A stretch of 42,976 nucleotides of DNA from a virus. Shown in pieces: positions 24,492-32,246 of the stretch (position 1 is its first letter; every line of letters starts with the position of its first letter). Made by a program: the position numbers and the translations under genes. The notes below the pieces were generated by a model that saw nothing but the letters and a program-made list of their open reading frames with translations, made no database searches and was not told the DNA's origin. The stretch covers positions 1 through 42,976 of IMG/VR virus record IMGVR_UViG_3300045988_151420. One strand, given 5' to 3'.

Positions 24492-25203
24492 TGTTTTCGC
24501 CCCAACCGAACGCGACAAACAAACGCGCATCGGCGTGAGCGAAATCGGAGACGATTGCGAACGATGCATTGCCGACAAGCTTCTCGGAATCCCGCACGAC
24601 ACGGAGAATACGGGCACGCCACTGGCGCCATTCCTGGGCACCGCATTTCATGCTTTCGCCGAATCACGCACAAGAAACGAACCGAATGTTCTAGTGGAGC
24701 AGAGAGTAGAGGTATGCGATCTTGAAGACTATGGGCGTATTTCTGGGAGCGTGGATCGCTTCGATATTGCAGCGGCGACGGTCCTAGACTGGAAGCTGCT
24801 CTCACGGAAAAAGATTTCCGCATTCAGGAAGAGTGTCAAAAGGGACAATGGTCTACCACGATTCGCCAACACGGCAGTAGGAGGCCAATTCCGTAAATAC
24901 TATATTCAGATCATGCTCTACGGGTACGGTCTCACACAACTCGGACACGAGGTGACTCACTGTTCCATCGTCGCCCTTCCAAGGGACTGCAGCGTAGAGG
25001 TAGTGCCGGACAGTATTTGTGAGTTCTCTTTCCCATGGCGGCGGGACGTTGTGCTCGCGGCCCTGGAGAGACTCCAAAACATTTGGGAGAGAGCAAGGTC
25101 ACATGACGATGGTGTTGACGGGCTCCAGTCATCTCCTCTATGTTGGTACTGCTCGCATGAGCGCCACACAGAAGCATTCAAAAACTACAATATCAACGGT
25201 TAG
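24454..25203 (+). CDS. Cas4-like PD-(D/E)XK exonuclease.
   Basis: N-terminal CERC, VDRFD...LDWK, and C-terminal CWYC. TTG start after GGAAGGAGAG. Confidence 0.7.
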   Translation: MNLSPAAATAVSDVFAPTERDKQTRIGVSEIGDDCERCIADKLLGIPHDTENTGTPLAPFLGTAFHAFAESRTRNEPNVLVEQRVEVCDLEDYGRISGSVDRFDIAAATVLDWKLLSRKKISAFRKSVKRDNGLPRFANTAVGGQFRKYYIQIMLYGYGLTQLGHEVTHCSIVALPRDCSVEVVPDSICEFSFPWRRDVVLAALERLQNIWERARSHDDGVDGLQSSPLCWYCSHERHTEAFKNYNING

Positions 25204-25218
25204 GAGGTGAAACATACT

Positions 25219-25959
25219 ATGACTTTCGAGGACACTCTTGCTCGTCTAGGAATGACGGTCGTGAACCCGGAACAGAACAATCATTTCAACATGCTCATTC
25301 ATGGCATGAGTGGCGTCGGCAAAACATCGCTCGCAGCCACGGCATCACAGGTGGACGACATGTCGCCCGTCCTGTACGTTGATTTCGAATCTGGCACGCT
25401 CCCAGTACGGGATTGGGGGAACCCCGCAAACATTACTGTCGTGCATTGTGACAAGTGGGTTGATTGCGCTAATCTTTGCGACAATATTGCACGCAATCTT
25501 GTAGAATTCCCCTACAAGACAGTAGTGTTCGACACGCTGGATAAGTGTCAGGAACTCATTCTGTCCCACTATGAGGCCGTGTCGAATGATACGTGGACGA
25601 AATGGCGGGCGGTGTACGATTCCTTGTTGAAGGCGATCAGTGTGTTCCTGGACGCCCCCGATGTTTCGTTCATTGCTATCACACATTCCGCGCGCGAAAG
25701 CAATGAAGTCACTGGGGAAACGTTCATTGCCCCTTCCTTCGAGGGGCAGAAGTCTGGGCAGCGCATCCCCGCCCTGTTCAATTTCGTCGGCTACATGGAA
25801 TGGGCGAACGTGGACAATGGGGACGGGGAAGAAATCACCGTGCCAGTACTGTACACTCGCAAACCCAACGTTGTGACAAAACAACAGACGCGCGGGTTCC
25901 CGCCAGCAATGGGGAATCCAAGCATGACCAAGATTCACAATTACATCACTAGCCACTAA
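25219..25959 (+). CDS. Sak4-like (AAA_24) RecA-type ATPase.
   Basis: Walker A motif HGMSGVGKTS. The ATG at 25219 follows AGGAGG; the track GTG at 25207 overlaps the ribosome binding site. Confidence 0.7.
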   Translation: MTFEDTLARLGMTVVNPEQNNHFNMLIHGMSGVGKTSLAATASQVDDMSPVLYVDFESGTLPVRDWGNPANITVVHCDKWVDCANLCDNIARNLVEFPYKTVVFDTLDKCQELILSHYEAVSNDTWTKWRAVYDSLLKAISVFLDAPDVSFIAITHSARESNEVTGETFIAPSFEGQKSGQRIPALFNFVGYMEWANVDNGDGEEITVPVLYTRKPNVVTKQQTRGFPPAMGNPSMTKIHNYITSH

Positions 25960-25987
25960 CCAAAACATAGGAAGAGAGAAAATTATT

Positions 25988-26101
25988 ATGGCTAAGATCA
26001 CTGTTACCGCTGACCGTGGCGTCTCCGCTGAGACTCTCGCTATTGCCGCCGACGCGATCAGGGAAGCGCTCAGTAGCAACCCCGTCGACGGCGAGAACTG
26101 A
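25988..26101 (+). CDS. 37-aa hypothetical protein (below the ORF-track cutoff).
   Basis: AGGAAGAGAGAAA lies 5 nt before the ATG. Translation: MAKITVTADRGVSAETLAIAADAIREALSSNPVDGEN. Confidence 0.5.
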   Translation: MAKITVTADRGVSAETLAIAADAIREALSSNPVDGEN

Positions 26102-26141
26102 AAAACATCACCACGCACTCGACTTTCTAGGAGCACACATT

Positions 26142-26732
26142 ATGGCAACTGGCCTCAACTTCGGCATCGACCTCTCATCACTGGAAGTCGCTACTGGCGG
26201 AGGTAACTTCGAGCCGCCCAAGCCCGGAAAACACTCCGCATTCATCACCAAGGCAGAAATGACCACATCCAAGAGTGGCAGGCCGATGCTTGTCACCGAT
26301 TGGATGATCGACGGCGACGACAACGACGCCGGAAAGGCCCTCACTGACCGCACCGTTTTCACTATCAACAAGAATGGAAAGACTTTCATTCACTTCAACA
26401 TTCCGAAGTATTTCAGCGTCGCCGGTCTGTGGCCGGCTGATGCTAGGGAGAGAGCCGATCTCCTCTCACCGCAGAAGATCGATACGACCGTGAAGCGGGT
26501 GTGCGAGAATCTGGAAGGCGCTCACGCAACACTGGTGACGCGGATGAGCAAGCCCAGGCCTCGTTTGGACGATTATGGTCGTCCCGCATACGAGCAGGAC
26601 GAGAATGGGATCACAATCCTTGGTGAGGATGGTGCCCCGAAGCCGGCTTTCTGGCCTCCTAGGGCGGAGATTTCTTCCATTGATTTCGAGGCCAAGAGGA
26701 ATACTGCGACTGCATCGCCGGTAGTTTTCTGA
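26142..26732 (+). CDS. DUF669-like single-strand DNA-binding protein.
   Basis: ATG at 26142 after TAGGAG. ...GNFEPPKPGKHSAFITKAEMTTSKSGRPMLVTDW... It follows a Sak4-type gene, as is usual for this family. Confidence 0.55.
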   Translation: MATGLNFGIDLSSLEVATGGGNFEPPKPGKHSAFITKAEMTTSKSGRPMLVTDWMIDGDDNDAGKALTDRTVFTINKNGKTFIHFNIPKYFSVAGLWPADARERADLLSPQKIDTTVKRVCENLEGAHATLVTRMSKPRPRLDDYGRPAYEQDENGITILGEDGAPKPAFWPPRAEISSIDFEAKRNTATASPVVF

Positions 26733-26751
26733 CGCACATGGTCGTATGATT

Positions 26752-26791
26752 TGAATAGCGGGGGCAACATGATTGTTGCCCCCGCTATTCA
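26752..26791 (+). terminator. Strong stem-loop terminator.
   Basis: 18-bp perfect stem tgaatagcgggggcaaca/tgttgcccccgctattca with a 4-nt loop. Confidence 0.7.
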
Positions 26792-26818
26792 ACCAAAAAG
26801 AGAAGAGAGAAAACACGA

Positions 26819-27868
26819 ATGATGCAACCATCGTACAAGCTGTATAGGCTAGCTGCTAACAGGTTGGAGCGGCTTCAGACGAGCGTCCCCAGTGGAGAGT
26901 TCCTTTTCCCTTCCGTGGATGATGCCCTGGAGTGGTGTTTTACCTATTTGGAGGTTCCAGAGGATAAGAAATGGCGTTTTGTGCGCCCTGACATTACTAA
27001 ACCAATCGCTCCGTGTAACCTTGACGTGGCACTAGATCATACGCCGGATATGCCGTATTTGCGCTACCATCGCAAAGCAAATGAGACGCTCATGCCGAGC
27101 CGTTCCTACAACGATATTCGCCTCAATATTTGGGCGTGGCGAGAGGAGAATGGTGTAGATAATTTTGAGTTCGACGGCATGATGTCAGCTATCGAATGGT
27201 GCTACAACGAATTCAACCCATCGGTTGTGTTTGAATGGGAGTTCGCGACCGAGAACGGAGTATTTCGCCCCGGTGAAATCTCTATCATACGCACCAAGAC
27301 AAGAAAGAAAGGTCGCAACCGCCGCATTCTCCATCCGGTCAAGCCGGTAAACAAAGACTTGACCGGGGAAGAGCCGAAAATGGTGGGACGCCGCTTTCGA
27401 CAGTGGGAAGTCACGTCCCCCGAGTACAGGTTCATGAGCGATCACCATAAGTATTTTCATATGCGTTGCGTGAATTGCGGGGAAGAGAAGTGGATTCGTG
27501 TCTCGCGCTTCAGCGGCGGCGAACCCGTGAATTGCCCGTGCACTAGCTCATCGCTTCGCATGTACAAGGAACTACCGAAATGGCTCACCCCCTCACTCAT
27601 GCGACGCATCTATGATCTGAAAAGATACATTCCGAAAGAGGACTTCCATTTCGACTCTCCACAGGATTGTGCAATATGGTGCTACAAGAATCTGCCTTTC
27701 CCAGATGACCCGGATACGCCGTGGACTCTGAAGAAGGGGCGCGGGAAGCCAATGGCGCCGGACACGCTATGGCTCAGGGTAGACGGAGTGCGTTCGGACA
27801 CGGTGAAAAATATTGCTACCGTGAACAAGTCGCGGCGTAATCTGCGGAAGAAAGGAGGAAAGGCGTGA
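26819..27868 (+). CDS. Hypothetical protein with three internal (A/C)(L/I)(E)WC(F/Y) repeats and a Cys cluster.
   Basis: 349 aa. Motifs: ALEWCFTY, AIEWCYNE, AIWCYKN, and CVNCGEEK...NCPC. Confidence 0.75.
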   Translation: MMQPSYKLYRLAANRLERLQTSVPSGEFLFPSVDDALEWCFTYLEVPEDKKWRFVRPDITKPIAPCNLDVALDHTPDMPYLRYHRKANETLMPSRSYNDIRLNIWAWREENGVDNFEFDGMMSAIEWCYNEFNPSVVFEWEFATENGVFRPGEISIIRTKTRKKGRNRRILHPVKPVNKDLTGEEPKMVGRRFRQWEVTSPEYRFMSDHHKYFHMRCVNCGEEKWIRVSRFSGGEPVNCPCTSSSLRMYKELPKWLTPSLMRRIYDLKRYIPKEDFHFDSPQDCAIWCYKNLPFPDDPDTPWTLKKGRGKPMAPDTLWLRVDGVRSDTVKNIATVNKSRRNLRKKGGKA

Positions 27869-28350
27869 CGCAGCGGGTGATGGCCGTCGACCCCGGCAAG
27901 TCGACAGGAATCGTCGTCGGAGAATTCTACGACGACCACGAATTCTCAATCATTCACGTTCAACAATTCAAGTATGAACATTGGACGGCTAGCGTCTACG
28001 ACATTCTGGCTACACGAAACGAATTCGCCCCGGACGTTGTCGTGTGTGAACAGTTCGATCTTCGACCGGGCAACAATTTCCTTGCAGACCTCACCCCAGT
28101 GAAAATCAACGCCGTGCTGGAATGGGAGATCGGGGATATCGTCTGGCAGACTCCCACAATGGCAAAGACCACCATGCCCGACCATGTTTTGAAGTCTCTT
28201 GGTTTTTGGCCTACCGGAACCGATGTGGGCCAGCCGGATGCGGACGACGCGCGCGATGCGGGACGTCATCTTTTACTGTGGGCAGTCACTAAACGTCACG
28301 ACGAGGCCGTGATCGCCCGCATCGTCGGGGACGACGTGGAACGGCGATGA
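27865..28350 (+). CDS. RuvC-like Holliday junction resolvase.
   Basis: MAVDPGKSTG, VVCEQF, and DADDARDAGRHLL. GTG start 6 nt after AGGAGG. Confidence 0.75.
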   Translation: MTQRVMAVDPGKSTGIVVGEFYDDHEFSIIHVQQFKYEHWTASVYDILATRNEFAPDVVVCEQFDLRPGNNFLADLTPVKINAVLEWEIGDIVWQTPTMAKTTMPDHVLKSLGFWPTGTDVGQPDADDARDAGRHLLLWAVTKRHDEAVIARIVGDDVERR

Positions 28351-28392
28351 GTGTTTCACGTGAAACACGGGGACATGTTTCACGTGAAACAC
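28351..28392. promoter_or_regulatory. Two tandem copies of the palindrome TGTTTCACGTGAAACA.
   Basis: GTGTTTCACGTGAAACAC at 28351-28368 is a perfect 18-mer. The 16-bp perfect core recurs at 28376-28391. Confidence 0.7.
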
Positions 28393-28436
28393 TACTACCC
28401 CCCCCTACCTGACAAGCGGTAGGGGGGGGGCAGTAG
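28391..28436. terminator. Bidirectional stem-loop between convergent genes.
   Basis: 19-bp stem with one mismatch, including C8/G8 runs; loop tgacaagc. Confidence 0.7.
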
Positions 28437-28456
28437 TGTCCTATGAAGGGTGAAGG

Positions 28457-28690
28457 TCAGGCGACCTTGTCCTCAGTGGCCTCGCCCTCACCGGCAGCGT
28501 GACGGCCAGGCGTCACAGCGGGGTGAGTGTGGTACGTGGCCAGCGCCAGGGTCAGAGCGCCAATAATCTGGGTGACAGCGTCAGCGTACTGAGACGCCTG
28601 GTCCGCGGAAATAACATTGAAAGCGGCGAAAACGCCAAGAATGGCGGTGAGCAGGGCGTAAAGGGCCTTGCGGACCTCAGGAGTAAACAT
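28457..28690 (-). CDS. Holin-like small membrane protein.
   Basis: 77 aa with two hydrophobic helices (ALYALLTAILGVFAAF and IIGALTLALATY) and a charged C-terminus. Confidence 0.6.
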   Translation of the reverse strand: MFTPEVRKALYALLTAILGVFAAFNVISADQASQYADAVTQIIGALTLALATYHTHPAVTPGRHAAGEGEATEDKVA

Positions 28691-28699
28691 TGTTATAAA

Positions 28700-29068
28700 T
28701 CACCTCATGGAATCCGGAATTTGAGGCTCAGTAGGGATTGAGTCCTCTCTGTCAGATGGTATCAGAATTTTCAGGGACCTACCCCAATCGAGAACAGTGT
28801 GCGCGAAAGAGACGGCCTCCCACCACTTCACTTCAGCCCGACGGCGGCCATCTTCCGCCAGGTCCGCAGCTCTTTCGGCCGCTGCAAGACTTGCCTCTAG
28901 GGCGGTCACCCGTTCGGAAAGAGATCGGACGGTAATGTCCAGGATTGAGATCTGTTCCTGGTCGCGCGCATTTTTGCGCTGCGTTACGTTCGAGAATATT
29001 GTGCCCGTGAGAGCCGCCAAAGCCACCAGGGTGGCGTCTGAGAGAACATCGTTCAAGAAATTGAGCAT
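28700..29068 (-). CDS. Membrane-anchored coiled-coil protein of the lysis cassette.
   Basis: I prefer the ATG at 29068 (MLNFLNDVLSDATLVALAALTG...), because the track start at 29131 lies inside a hairpin. Confidence 0.55.
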   Translation of the reverse strand: MLNFLNDVLSDATLVALAALTGTIFSNVTQRKNARDQEQISILDITVRSLSERVTALEASLAAAERAADLAEDGRRRAEVKWWEAVSFAHTVLDWGRSLKILIPSDREDSIPTEPQIPDSMR

Positions 29069-29125
29069 CGTATATCTAATGTACTCTATTGTGACTGCTT
29101 TGGCAGGGCTGCAATAGGAATTATA

Positions 29126-29170
29126 TAACATTCCCCGCCTAACAATGATAATGTCAAGCGGGGAATGTTA
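29126..29170 (-). terminator. Intercistronic stem-loop whose arms match the hairpin at 35076-35119.
   Basis: Arms taacattccccgc/gcggggaatgtta (13 bp). Confidence 0.55.
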
Positions 29171-29177
29171 TGTTTAG

Positions 29178-29408
29178 TTACTTTCTATGGAACCCCGGAT
29201 GGTAGCCGACAGTCCGCATGAAACGGACAGTGCGCACACTGGCCCAAAGAATAATCGCACCAACACACCACAGGGAATCGCGAGTCACGTTCATGGTGCC
29301 ATTGGTGTAATCTTCGTACACCATAAGCGCAGTGTTTGCTGTCACCATGACGGCCGCAAAAATAGTAGCAACATAAAGCGACTTAGTCACCCTGATTTTC
29401 ACTTTCAC
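29178..29408 (-). CDS. Small two-helix membrane protein (holin or antiholin candidate).
   Basis: 76 aa: LYVATIFAAVMVTANTALMV and LWCVGAIILWASV. Confidence 0.55.
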   Translation of the reverse strand: MKVKIRVTKSLYVATIFAAVMVTANTALMVYEDYTNGTMNVTRDSLWCVGAIILWASVRTVRFMRTVGYHPGFHRK

Positions 29409-29583
29409 TGGATGGATTGTATACTATCGCCCTCACGCCGATTCCTAGAGCATGTCGGGGGTAATGTGTGTAGGAAAACATGAGGGCGATAGTATTTTCT
29501 TATTGCACCGTCGGAACGCGTAGGAAAATATTTGTGTATTAACCAATAAGCGGTACGCAGGAAAGTGTAGCACATACATAAAA

Positions 29584-29630
29584 CATGATCCCCGGAAACA
29601 ATCACTCACTGACTGCTCCCGGGGATCATG
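29584..29630 (-). terminator. Stem-loop downstream of the endolysin gene; a second one is at 29654-29685.
   Basis: 12-bp arms catgatccccgg/ccggggatcatg, and tacgaaggg/cccttcgta. Confidence 0.45.
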
Positions 29631-29760
29631 CCCACCCCTACGGTACCGGGGGATACGAAGGGGGAAGAGAGTGAAGCCCTTCGTACGTTACCTCCATCAT
29701 GGCACGACACTCAGCATAATAGCGAGCGAATATGCCACGATGAAACACCAACATGTCGCG

Positions 29761-31263
29761 TCAGGAATTCCGCTCCGGAGCCGGAGCGGGAGACTCCGGG
29801 GTCGGAGACTCTGCGACACCATCATGCGCCTGCAAAGACGACGGCGTCGACACAGCCTTACGAATCTCATTCACAGCACCATAAATCGCACCCGCCTCAC
29901 GAACATTCTCCTGACCCGGAGTCACAGAATGCAGAATCTGATCCACAGACGCGTGAATAGACTTAACCTCCTCATAGGTGGCCTTGGCGTACCAATTCAT
30001 GTCGCCAGCAAAGTGATCCCCCGCCTTTCCACTACGGAAAAGATCACGAATCTCCCTGAGCAGATCAACGCCCTCGCTCATATCCCAAAATTCCTCTCCG
30101 GCGCCCCCCGAAGGACGACCATAATCATACCAAGACTTGCAACGACTACTGAAAAGAATCCCATAAGACTCATACGCATCATACGGATTCCCCGAATTAT
30201 AACGCGACCCGACACGCTTCAACGCTTCATAAGAATCGCCCTCAGCGTTAATAAGATCACGAAGAATACGGCAACCAACCTCAGCCGACTTCTCCGGCAT
30301 CCACCATTCACGATCCGGGTCATCAAAGAAATAACCCGGATACGTAATCTGCAACGGACCGACACCGTTTGAGTTTTCGCCGTCTCGAATCGCCGCAAGA
30401 AACTCACGGAAATTCTCTTCGGTCACTTCCTCGCCGTGCGGGCCGGCGCCCCCGGCGTCGTGCCCGTAAATGTTTGCGCCACGCTCGCCGGTCTCCATCC
30501 ACAGGCACGCCAGAGCAGCCCACCACGGACAATTCTCCGCATCGGCAGCCCTGAGAACGGCCTCCTGAATTGAAGAAAGGCGGTACGAACCGGCTGACTC
30601 ATGTCCGTTATCGGAATCGGTACGCTTTCCAAAACGAACGCATGTAGACCACGAGGCCGCGACAGTCATCGGGTGACTACTATACCGGACTACGTGTGTT
30701 TCATAGCCGGTCTGGTCGCCCATCTGACCTTCCGCGATTTCACCATTCTCATTAATCCACGCTTCAGCGAGGAGTGGGTCGCTTGCGTTGAATGAGCCGT
30801 CGTCTTCGCGCACGCACATTGCGACATGTCCGCCGTCTCCGGTAGTTTTCAGAACGAGGTCGCCGACATGGAATCCTCCCGACGGTGTAGACCCGTACCA
30901 AGTGTCCCCAATATCCATGAAACCGCGATTCGCGGCCAAAGAATTCAGAGTTTCGGTCCACGTTTCGCCGGTCCGCGGGAACATGATCGGATCATCCCAG
31001 CCGGTTCCCCAGACGTTATGGAATGCAATATTGTAGGCGCCCGCTACGCCGCTACTGCAATCCATGTCGCCGGGGCCGGTTTTCCAGCCTGCGTCATTGC
31101 TGTTCCAATAGCAAGTCCACCGGTTGTCCTGGGCGTATCCGGTGCCCCCGTAGTCGCCTGTGGTGCACCAATATTTCATTTCCGACGCAGCATATTCTGT
31201 GACGGAATCTGCCAATTTTGCACCGCCTTTCGTAAAGGTTTTCGGTGGCTTTAATTTTATCAT
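29761..31263 (-). CDS. Endolysin: N-terminal Cys/His peptidase plus a lytic transglycosylase-like domain.
   Basis: DCSSGVAGAY ... GGHVAMCV, then WMETGERGANIYGHD ... VGPLQITYPGY. I prefer the start at 31263 (MIKLKPP) over 31317. Confidence 0.75.
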   Translation of the reverse strand: MIKLKPPKTFTKGGAKLADSVTEYAASEMKYWCTTGDYGGTGYAQDNRWTCYWNSNDAGWKTGPGDMDCSSGVAGAYNIAFHNVWGTGWDDPIMFPRTGETWTETLNSLAANRGFMDIGDTWYGSTPSGGFHVGDLVLKTTGDGGHVAMCVREDDGSFNASDPLLAEAWINENGEIAEGQMGDQTGYETHVVRYSSHPMTVAASWSTCVRFGKRTDSDNGHESAGSYRLSSIQEAVLRAADAENCPWWAALACLWMETGERGANIYGHDAGGAGPHGEEVTEENFREFLAAIRDGENSNGVGPLQITYPGYFFDDPDREWWMPEKSAEVGCRILRDLINAEGDSYEALKRVGSRYNSGNPYDAYESYGILFSSRCKSWYDYGRPSGGAGEEFWDMSEGVDLLREIRDLFRSGKAGDHFAGDMNWYAKATYEEVKSIHASVDQILHSVTPGQENVREAGAIYGAVNEIRKAVSTPSSLQAHDGVAESPTPESPAPAPERNS

Positions 31264-31308
31264 GAGCACCTGGGGACGTCCGTAGCATATATAGGTACGT
31301 GCGCGCGC

Positions 31309-31337
31309 GTATACCACACACGCCCACCGTCTGTCAA
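31309..31337 (-). promoter_or_regulatory. Candidate leftward promoter: TTGACA, 17-18-nt spacer, GTATAC/TATACG.
   Basis: The minus strand carries GTGTTGAC at 31340-31333. Confidence 0.35.
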
Positions 31338-31385
31338 CACCTCACACAACACTGGTTTTGTGGGGTAGGCCACCGCCCATGCGTG

Positions 31386-31414
31386 TTGACTCATGGTGCA
31401 CGGGAGAGCATGAT
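31386..31414 (+). promoter_or_regulatory. Candidate rightward promoter: TTGACT, 17-nt spacer, CATGAT.
   Basis: GTGTTGAC at 31383-31390 is the mirror image of 31333-31340. Confidence 0.4.
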
Positions 31415-31469
31415 TGAGTCATCGGCAGGGAGGACAAGCCACCCAGCCAGGGATAGAGAGGACAAGACA

Positions 31470-31766
31470 ATGACCGCCACCGCCGAGAACATCACCACCG
31501 ACAAGGATGTCGCCTACGCCGTCGGCACGGCCGCCGACGTTTGGGCCGACACGGACTACTGGACGGACGAGACCGGCGACGTCATCGGCCTCAAGCGGAG
31601 CACTACCGATGGCGGCCGGACGCTCGGACTCCACGTGTGCGAGGACGTCGTCTCCTGGGGACTCTGGCAGTACGATGTCGACGGGTTCACTGTCGTCCAC
31701 GAGGGACTTTCTGCCCTGACTGACGAGACCATCGCCTACCTGGCCGAACAGTGGCTGGAGCACTGA
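31470..31766 (+). CDS. Hypothetical acidic protein.
   Basis: ATG at 31470 after GATAGAGAGGA. The track start at 31299 is rejected. Confidence 0.65.
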   Translation: MTATAENITTDKDVAYAVGTAADVWADTDYWTDETGDVIGLKRSTTDGGRTLGLHVCEDVVSWGLWQYDVDGFTVVHEGLSALTDETIAYLAEQWLEH

Positions 31767-31778
31767 CACACACATAAC

Positions 31779-31814
31779 GGTGGGTGGCCCGTCACGGGCG
31801 ACGGGCCACCCACC
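31779..31814 (+). terminator. Stem-loop terminator.
   Basis: 15-bp perfect stem ggtgggtggcccgtc/gacgggccacccacc. Confidence 0.65.
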
Positions 31815-31850
31815 GCCCACCACCATCACACACTAGAAGAAGGAGCCATC

Positions 31851-32246
31851 ATGGCACGCCGTCGCACCGGATACGGATCATGCAAAACTACAGGAGGCGC
31901 CGTATTCACCAATTTGAAAGGCACCAAGATTCACTTCCCTGCAAAGGGGTACGAGAAAGGCGAGAACGAATTTCGGGGTATCCCCGTTGAGCGAGTGACC
32001 GCTGTCGCAATTCTCACTGGCGCCGACCTCGTACAGGCCATTCCCGTTCAGCGGCCCGCCCTCATCGGAAACGTCCGCAACGTTTTCATCCCCGAATGCG
32101 CACACGATTTCTTCCTCGTGGTCTGCACCGAAAGAAACGTCTACCGAGTTTTCGATATCAGCGAGGAGGAGCTCGGGAACGCTCGCAACCTGATCAATGA
32201 TATGCGCGGGCTTCTCGGTGACGGGATCGAGTGGGTCAAATCATGA
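31851..32246 (+). CDS. Hypothetical protein.
   Basis: 131-aa ORF with GAAGGAG before the ATG. Confidence 0.75.
   Translation: MARRRTGYGSCKTTGGAVFTNLKGTKIHFPAKGYEKGENEFRGIPVERVTAVAILTGADLVQAIPVQRPALIGNVRNVFIPECAHDFFLVVCTERNVYRVFDISEEELGNARNLINDMRGLLGDGIEWVKS

Noticed and set aside
25345-26136. 263-aa minus-strand ORF.
   Set aside because: It is antisense to the Sak4-like gene, whose Walker A motif is clear on the plus strand.
29628-30372. Plus-strand ORFs 29628..29960 and 29671..30372, the latter preceded by a GA-rich ribosome-binding-site-like run.
   Set aside because: They are antisense to the endolysin gene. The GA run forms one arm and loop of the hairpin at 29654-29685.
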